Shown here piece after piece: positions 55,238-64,000 of a DNA stretch of 64,000 bases; the stretch's first letter is position 1; every line of letters starts with the position of its first letter. A program made the translations under genes and the position numbers. Origin of the DNA: the human T2T-CHM13v2.0 reference genome, Homo sapiens; the NCBI RefSeq assembly GCF_009914755.1, contig NC_060947.1; one strand, given 5' to 3'. The notes under the pieces were generated by a model that ran no database searches, had not been told where the DNA came from, and was given only the letters and a program-made list of their open reading frames with translations.

Positions 55238-58200
55238 TCAATACTAACATTGAATATGAATGGCCTAAATGCTCCACTTAAAAGATACAGAGCTGCAGAA
55301 TGGATGAGAACTCACCAACTATCTCCTGCCTTCAGGAGACTCACCTAAGGACTTACATAAACTTAAAGTAAAGGGGTGGAAAAAGGCATTTCATGCAAAT
55401 GGACACCAAAAGCAAGCAGGGGTAGCTATTCTTATATCAGACAAAACAAACTTTAAAGCAATAGCAGTAAAAGAGAGAAAGAGGGACACTATATAATGGT
55501 AAAAAGCCTTGTCCAACAGAAAAATATCAGAGACCTAAACATACATGCACCTAACACTAGAGCTCCCAGATTTATAAAACAATTACTAATAGACCTAAAA
55601 AAAATGATATAGACAGCAACACAATAATAGTGAGGGACTTCAATACTCCACTGACAGCATGAGGCAGGTCATCAAGACAGAAAGTCACCAAAAACCAATG
55701 GATTTAAACTAGACCTTGGAACAAATGGACTTAACAGATATATACAGAACATTTCATCCAACAACCGCAGAATACACATTCTATTCAACAGTGCATGGAA
55801 CTTTCTCCAAAATAGACCATAAGATAGGCCATAAAACGAGCCTCAATAAATTTAAGAAAATTGAAATTATATCAAGCACTCTTTCAGACCACAGTGGAAT
55901 AAAACTGGAAATCAACTCCAAAAGGAACCTGCAAAACCATGCAAATACATGGAAATTAAATAACCTGTTCCTAAATGAGCATTGAGTAAAAAACAAAATC
56001 AAGCTGAAAATTAAAAAATTCTTTGAACTATACAATAATGACACAACCTACCAAAACCTCTGGGATACAGCAAAGGCGGTGCTAAGAGGAAAATTAATAG
56101 CCCTAAATGCCCACATCAAAAAGACTGGAAGAGCACAAACTGACATTGTAAGGTCACAACCAAGGAACTAGAGAAACAAGAACACACCAAACCCAAATCC
56201 AGCAGAAGAAAGGAAATAACCAAGATCAGAGCAGAACTAAATGAAATTGAAACCAAAAAAATACAAAAGATAAATGAAACAAAATGCTGATTCTTTGAAA
56301 AGTGAAATAAAATTGATAAACCATTAGCAAGGTTAACCAAGAAAAGAAGAGAGAAAATCCAAATAACCTTGCTAAGAAATGAAACAGGAGATATTACAAC
56401 CAACACCACTGAAATACAAAAGATCATTCAAGGCTACTATGAACTCCTTTACACACATAAACTAGAAAACCTAGAAGAGATGGATACATTCCTGGAAAAT
56501 GCAACCCTCCTAGCTTAAATCAGGAAGAATTAGATAGCCTGAACAGACCAGTAACAAGTGGCGGGATTGAAATGGTAATTTAAAAATTACCAACAAAAAA
56601 AGCCCAGGACCAGATGGATTCACAGCAGAATTCTACCAGGCATTCAAAGAATTGGTACCAATCCTTTTGACACTATTCCATAAGATAGAGAAAGAAGGAA
56701 CCCTCCATAATTCATTCTACGAAGCCAGTATCGCCCTAATACCAAAACCAGGAAAGGACATAACCAAAAAAAGAAAACTACAGACCAATATACTTGATGA
56801 ACATAGATGCTAAAATCCTCAACAAAATACTAGCGAACCGAACTGAACAACATATCAAAAAGATAATTCATCATGATCAAGTGGGTTTCACACCAGGGAT
56901 GCAGGATGGTTTAACATACACAAGTCAATAAATGTGATACACCACATAAACAGAATTAAAAACAAAAATCACATGATCATCTCAATAGATGCAGAAAAAG
57001 CATTTGACAAAATCCAGTATCCCTTTATGATTAAAACTCTCAGCAAAATCGGCATACAAGGAACGTACCTTAATGCAATAAAAGCCATCTATGACAAACC
57101 CACAGCCAACATAATACTGAATGGGGAAGAATTGAAAGCATTCCCTCTGAGAACCAGAACAAGACAAAGATGCCCACTCTCACCACTCCTCTTTGACATA
57201 GTATCTTAAGTCCTAGCCAGACCAATCATACAAGAGAAAGAAATAAAGGACATCCAAATCCGCAAAGAGGAAGTCAAACTGTCACTGTTTGCTGATGATA
57301 TGATTGTTTGTCTTGAAAACCCTAAAGACTCCTCCAGAAATCTCCTAGAACTGATAAAAGAATTCAGCAAAGTTTCTGGGTACAAGATTCATGTTCACAA
57401 ATCACTAGCTCTTCTATACACCAACAGCGACCAAGCTGAGAATCAAATCAAGAACTCAACTCTTTTTATAATAGCTGCACAAAAAAAAATAATAATTGAG
57501 AATATACCTAACCAAGGACGTGAAAGACTTCTACAAGGAAAACCACAAAACACTGCTGAAAGAAATCATAGATGACACAGACAAGTGGAAACACATCCCA
57601 TGCTCATGGATAGGTAGAATCAATACTGTAAAAATGACTATACTGCCAAAAGCAATCTATAAATTCAATGCACTCTCCATCAAAATACCACCATTGTTTT
57701 TCACAGAATTAGAAAAAGCAATTCTAAAATTCATATGGAACAAAAAAGAGCCCACATAGCCAAAGCAAGACTAAGCAAAAAGAACAAGTCTGGAAGCATC
57801 ACACTACCTGATTTCAAACTATACTATAAGGCCATAGTCACCAAAACAGCATGGCACTGGTATAAAAATAGGCACATAGGCCAATGGAACAGCACAGAGA
57901 ATCCAGAAATAAACCCAAATACTTATAGCCAACTGATCTTCAACAAAGCAAACAAAAACATGAAGTGGAGAAAGGACACCCTTTTCAACAAACGGTGCTG
58001 GGATAATTGGCTAGCCACATGTAAAAGAATGAAACTGGATCCTCATCTCTCTTCACCTTATACAAAAATCAATGCATGATGGATTAAGGACTTAAACCTA
58101 AGATCTGAAACTATAAAAATTCTAGAAGTTAACATTGGAAAAACTCTTCCAGACATCGGCTTAGGAAAGGATTTCATGACAAAGAACTCAAAAGCAAATA

Positions 58201-58856
58201 CAATAAAAATAAAGATAAATAGCTGGGACCTAATTAAACTAAAGAGCTTTTGCACGGCAAAAGGAACAGTCAGCAGAGTAAACAGACACCCACAGAGTGG
58301 GGGAAAATCTTCACAATCTATACATCTGACAAAGGACTAATTTCCAGAATCTGCAACAAACTCAAACAAATCAGTAAGACAAAAACAATCCCATCACAAA
58401 GTGGGCTAAGGACATGAATAGACAATTTTCAAAAGAAGACATACAAATGGCCAACAAACATATGAAAAAATGCTCAACATCACTAATGATCAGGAAAATG
58501 CAAATCATGACCACAATGTGATACCACCTTGCTCCTGCACGAATGGCCATAATCAAAAAATAAAAAACAGTAGATGTGGGCATGGATGTGGTGATCAGGG
58601 AACACTTCTATACTGCTGGTGGGAATGTAAACTAGTACAACCATTATGGAAAACAATGTGGAGACACCTTAAAGAACTAAAAGTAGAACTACCATTTGAT
58701 CCAGCAATTCCACTACCAGGTATCTACCCAGAGGAAAAGAAGTCATTATTTGAAAAAGATACTTGCACACACATATTTATAGCAGCACAATACACAAATG
58801 AAAAACCGTGGAACCAATCCAAATGCCCAACAATGAATGAGTGGATAAAGAAACTG

Positions 58857-58922
58857 TGATAGATAGATATATATATCATATATATATCATGATAGATAGA
58901 TATATATATCATATATATATCA
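58857..58922. repeat. Perfect 33-bp tandem duplication, AT-rich
   Basis: TGATAGATAGATATATATATCATATATATATCA x2. Confidence 0.9.
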
Positions 58923-61339
58923 TGATATATATCTTATGACGTGAGAACGTCATATGTTCTCACTGATATTTGGGAGCTAAGCTATGAGGACACAAAGGCA
59001 TAAGAATGACACAATGGACTTATGGACTCAGGGGAAGAGCGGTAGGGGAGAGGGATAAAAGACTACAAATATGGTGCAGTGTATACTGCTCAGATGATGG
59101 GTGCACCAAAATCTCACAAATCATCACTAAAGAACTTACTCATGTAAACAAATACCACCTGAACCCCAATAATTTATGGAAAAGTAACAAAAAAATCATA
59201 TTGTGTGCAAACAGGGGTAGTCTGATTTCTATTTGGATGCCTTTTGTTTCTTTTTCTTCCATGATTGCTCTCCTTAGGATTTCCTGTACTATGTTGAATA
59301 GGAGTGGCAAGACAGGGCATCCTTGTTTTGTTCCAACTTTCAAGGGAAATGTTTCCAGCTTTTGCTCATTCAGTATGACGTTGGCTGTGGGTTTGTTAAA
59401 ATAAGATGGCTCTTATTTTGAAGTATCTTCCTTCAATGCCTAGTTTGTTGAGGGTTTTGAACATGAAGGGATGTTGAATTTTATCAAAAGCCTTTTCTGC
59501 ATCGATTGTGATGATCACATCGTTTTGTTTCTAGTTCTGTTTATGTGGTGAAAAACATTTATTGATTTGCATATGTTGAACCAACCTTGCTTCCCAGGCA
59601 TAAAGCCTACTTGTTGTGGATTACCTTTTGATGTACTACTGGATTCTGCTTGCTAGTATTTTGTTAAGGATTTTTGCATCCATGTTAATCAAGGACATTG
59701 GTCTAAACTTTTCTTTTTTAGTTGTGTCTCTGCCAGGTTTTGGTGTCAAGATGATGTTGACCACATAGAATTAGTTAGAGAGGATTCTCTGCTTCTCAAT
59801 TTTTTGGAATAGTTTCTGTAGGAATGGTGCCAGCTTTTCTTTATACATCTGGTAGAATTCAGCTGTGAATCCATCTAGTCCTGGGCTTTTTTTTGGTTGG
59901 TTGGCTTTTTATTACTGATTCAATTTCATAACTCATTATTGGTCTGTTCAGGGATTCAATTTCTTTCTGGTTCAATCTTGGGATGTTGTATGTTTCTAGG
60001 AACTTAATCATTTCTTCTAAGTTTTCTAGCTTGTATGCATAGAGGTGTTCATATTAGTCTCTGAGCATTTTTTGGTATTTCTGTGGGGTCACTAGTAACG
60101 TCCCCTTTGTCATTTCTGATTGTGTTTATTTGGATCTTCTCTTTTTTCTTTATTAGTCTAGCTAGTAGTCCATCTATCTTATTAATACATTCAAAAATCC
60201 AACTTCTGGATTTGTTGATCTTTTGTATAGATGTTTGCCTCTCAATTTCCTTCAGTTCAGCTTTCATGTTGCTTATTTTTTGTCTTCTGCAAGCTTTAGA
60301 GTTGATTTGCTTTTGTTTCTCTAATTCCTTTAGTTCTGATGTCATGTTCATTTGAGATCTTTCTAACTTTTTGTTGTGGATGTTTATTGCTATAAAATTC
60401 CCTCTTAACACCACTTTAGCTCTGTCCCAGAGATTCTGGTATGTCATATATCTTTGCTCTCATTAGTTACAAATAATTTCTTGATTTCTGCTTTAATTCC
60501 ATTATTTACCCAGAAGTCATTCAGGAGCAGGTTGTTTAATTTCCATGTAATTGTATGGATACGAGCAATTTTCTTAGCATTCATTTCTATTTTTATTGCA
60601 CTGTGGTTGGAGAGTGTGGTTGATATCATTTTGTTTTTGTTAAATTTGTTGAGGATTGTTTTATGTCCAATTGTGTGGTCGATTTTAGAGTATGTGCCAT
60701 GTGCAAATGAGAAAAATGTATATTCTGTTGTTTTCAGGTGGTGAGCTCTGTAGATGTCTATTTGGTTCATTTGGTCAAGTATCAAGTTCAGGTCCCAAAT
60801 ATCTTTGTTAGTTGTCTGCCTCAATGATCTCTAATGGTGTCTACATTTTTATATAGCTCTAAAAGGAATATTGTTTACTCTTTTAAAATAGTGTCTCAAA
60901 AATAAATGTGGAAAATTCATCAAATAGTTTTATTGAAAAAGCTGGCACTTGAGAAAATTGTGTTCTCATGGTTGATTTGTGAATAATGTTGGGCAAGTGA
61001 ATGTACTTAGATCCCAATTTTATGATAAATGCAGGAAAACTGGTGGAAGGAAATACACACAAAAAATAAATGTATTATTCCCAGATGTTAGTATTATGAG
61101 TAATTTTTTAATTTTAATTAGACTTCCAAAATTTTTCAAATGTTTACAAAAAGCATGTTTTACAATCATGACAACAACATTATTTTTAATACAAATGATA
61201 CATTTCTAGGAGGAAATATTTTGCAATAGTCAAATAAAAAAACAAAAGACTTTTTCTTGTGGCTACTATGGACTAGTTTGTCGCCGTCCAATCATCTATC
61301 CCTGAATAACTAGAAAAGTTGGATTTTAAAAAGAATATA

Positions 61340-61492
61340 TTTAACTGCTTAATTGGTAAAGGGTTTTCCTTCACATGATGGAAATGTCTTGAAAATAATA
61401 ATGGTTACACATTATGAATATATTAAATGTCACTAAATTGTTCATTTTAAAAGTTACTCTTATGTTGTGTGAAGTTCATCTCAATTTTAAAA
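61340..61492 (+). mobile_element. L1MB/MC-type 3' end
   Basis: aatgtcactaaattgttcattttaaaa...tatgttgtgtgaagttcatctcaat. Confidence 0.7.
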
Positions 61493-62069
61493 ATCTATTT
61501 GAAGGCATCAGAGACTTACCAAAGAGCCAGAAACTGAGGGGCAAAGATCCCAGAACAAAGAGAAGCTCATTAGGGTGAACCTGCCATTCTGTGTTTCTAT
61601 GCCCCTTGAAGCACTTGTTAATTCATTGGAGGGCTGGTCCCTGGGGCTAAGAAGATGAAGAGAAAGAGACTTTTAAGAGAGAGAGAAGCTAAGCATAGCT
61701 CACTGCAGTATCATGGTGCTGAGAAGATTTGGAAAAAAGTTTCAAAATTGGACTTCAGAGCCTGCCAAGGAAAATAGGTTATAATAAATATCTTAGTACT
61801 TTACTTGGGAATCCTGAAGGGCTGTATCCTGGTAGTAAGAGCAAATCATAAATATGCCAGATTTTACAAGGATTTTATAAAGCCTAACCTTAAATGAGTT
61901 TAATCCTGATTGAATTGAGGTGACCTACTAAATTTTTTCTAACTTTTTGATAGAAACTAAAGAAAATTCTCTCTAAAGGAAAATAACATTATCCAAAGCT
62001 TCTACAATTTTTAAAAATTTCATTGTGTATTAAATTACCAGGCATACCAAGATAAATAGAAAGAGCCAA

Positions 62070-62548
62070 TATAAACATGCACAAGAATTTATAGCAGTAA
62101 TCATAGGAAATGGAAACAACTCAAAAGTCTATCAATAGAAGAATTGATAAATATTGGTGTGCTTGCACATTGGAATCAATGCAGCAATGAAATAAATGAA
62201 ATAAATGGACTACTGTTTACATGCAACAAATGTGCATTAAACTCACCAACATAATGTTGAATGAAAACAGACACAAAAGAATATATATATATATATGAAG
62301 TTCAGAAGAAAAAACTAAAAACTAATGAATGGTGACAGATGTCAGGATAGTGGTTAGCTTTGAGGAGGAATAGGGGAGTGACTGAGAGGGTGCCCATATG
62401 CAACTTCTGGAGAACTGGTGATATTCTATTTCATTATCTGGGTAGTTATTACACAAATATGCACATTTTATAAAATTTCATTAATCTGTACATTTATGAT
62501 TTGTGTACTTTTCATTTTGTATGTTATGCTTCAGTTAAAAACAGCTTA
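62070..62548 (+). mobile_element. L1ME-type 3' region
   Basis: tggtgacagatgtcaggatagtggtta...ctgtacatttatgatttgtgtactttt. Confidence 0.7.
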
Positions 62549-63937
62549 AAAACCTGAAGTGGAGTGATCTATTACTAGAGAAACTTTTGTGATATGTCTG
62601 TCTGTCTGCTGTTCACAAGGAGTAAGGAATTATTGTGTGTCAAGCTCTGTGCAGGGTTTTTGGGAGGGGTGAAAAAAATATAGACATATGGTCTCTGCAA
62701 TGGGAAGTGAACATGCAGAGAGAAAAGGCTTTCAAACAACTGTCCCACCACCTTAAGGTTTTCAAATGAGTCCCTTTCTGTACTGTTTGACTTTCCAAGC
62801 ATGATCAATGTCTCAAAAACAGAATGGCTTTCATTGTTAGACAATTTGGGCAAAGGCTGCTTTCTCTGTGAATCTGGCTAGTGCTGACTGACAGTCATTA
62901 GTCTGCCCTGTTAACAATCCTGCTTCTAGAGGCACAGAACAGCAATGGAAAAAATCATTTATGTGTGCTTATTAATGCTGCCTCCCCTTTTCTGGGCACT
63001 AACCCTACTGCTTTACAATGCCTTTAGTTGTCTCCGTGAATTCCCTAGAAGACCTCCCACAATCATTGTTCCAAACATTTTCCACCCTTCTCACCTCTTC
63101 ACTTCTATTCCTACCCCAGCTTATATCTCAGAAATTGAACTGACTTGAGAAAACTGAAACTATCAGGTATGAGCTGCTTTATTTTCTCTCCATATATTAA
63201 CATTTCAATGATCAACTCACCTATCCTTTCTTCCTTTCTTCTTGTCTCAGAGAAAGAGAAGTCCCTCTTAATCTGTAAGAATAAGCACTGTTCTTATCTA
63301 TACCAGTTATCTCATTACCTCCTACTGATGTGAAATAATGCCATTTCCTCCAAGTTAACTAGTTTCTTGAAAGTGACATCCAAAGTAATTTGAAGACTAT
63401 TCAGATAAAAGCAAGGACAAATTTATTGGCCACAGTTTAGTGGCTGCGCCTCCTGCTTTTTAAAATGCCTGTCAAAAAGCAAACCACATCATTTGTGCAA
63501 TTGCCCAGCCCAATGATTCCAGGTAATGTTGAGCTAGGTATTGTCCAAAGCCCTCTACTTCAATCTATCTCTGGATCCCAAGTCTTTGACTTGTTAGGCT
63601 CCCTGGCTCTGGGAAGATTGTAGCTACAGAGCTTCTCTGTCTCTCTTTCTTATTTTTTTTAACCTCTAAATACTTATTTTCTTATTTCATGAATCCCTAA
63701 GGAAGGACTAGCAGCTCCAACCCTTCCTTTTCTAAATTTTTCTATATTTCTCATACTTTAGAAATATGCAAAAATTAGAGTATCCTACCCAGAGGAGTTC
63801 TCCCTAATTTGGTACCAATGTAAAACTTTTTAGGAGTCTTCTCTCTGAGAATCTATATCTCCTTAGATCTAATGAAGAATCAATCCTCCAAGACCTTGTT
63901 TCTTCAATTATCTGCTGTTTTCCCATAGCTTCTCTCT

Positions 63938-63939
<2 letters not shown>

Positions 63940-63982
<43 letters not shown>

Positions 63983-64000
63983 CCTCCCTCCCTCCCTTCC
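63940..64000. repeat. (CT)n followed by (CCCT)n
   Basis: Seen directly. Confidence 0.95.

Overview
AT-rich, CpG-poor primate genomic DNA. It is almost certainly human, because it carries an Alu with the AluYg6 diagnostic bases. The window is intronic or intergenic and dominated by interspersed repeats: L1 (L1PA/L1PB/L1M), many L2 and MIR relics, seven Alus, THE1/MLT/ERVL LTRs, a near-full Tigger1, MADE1 and hAT MITEs. I can support no host protein-coding exon, RNA gene, CpG island or CRISPR array; every ORF with a recognisable product is a decayed L1 ORF1/ORF2 or Tigger1 transposase piece. I did not find a convincing new biological system. The most interesting signals are records of retrotransposition and DNA repair: a 5'-inverted L1PB carrying a ~400-bp 3' transduction inside a 16-bp TSD (12.6-13.5 kb); a ~115-bp segment copied between 44.6 kb and the interior of an MLT1 LTR at 35.5 kb; an L1 inserted in the loop of one MADE1 while a second MADE1 sits inside an older L1; three twin-primed L1s; several junctions with short inverted templated inserts; and a young AluYg6. 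Repeat subfamily names come from recalled consensus sequences, not a database search, and boundaries of old repeats are approximate.
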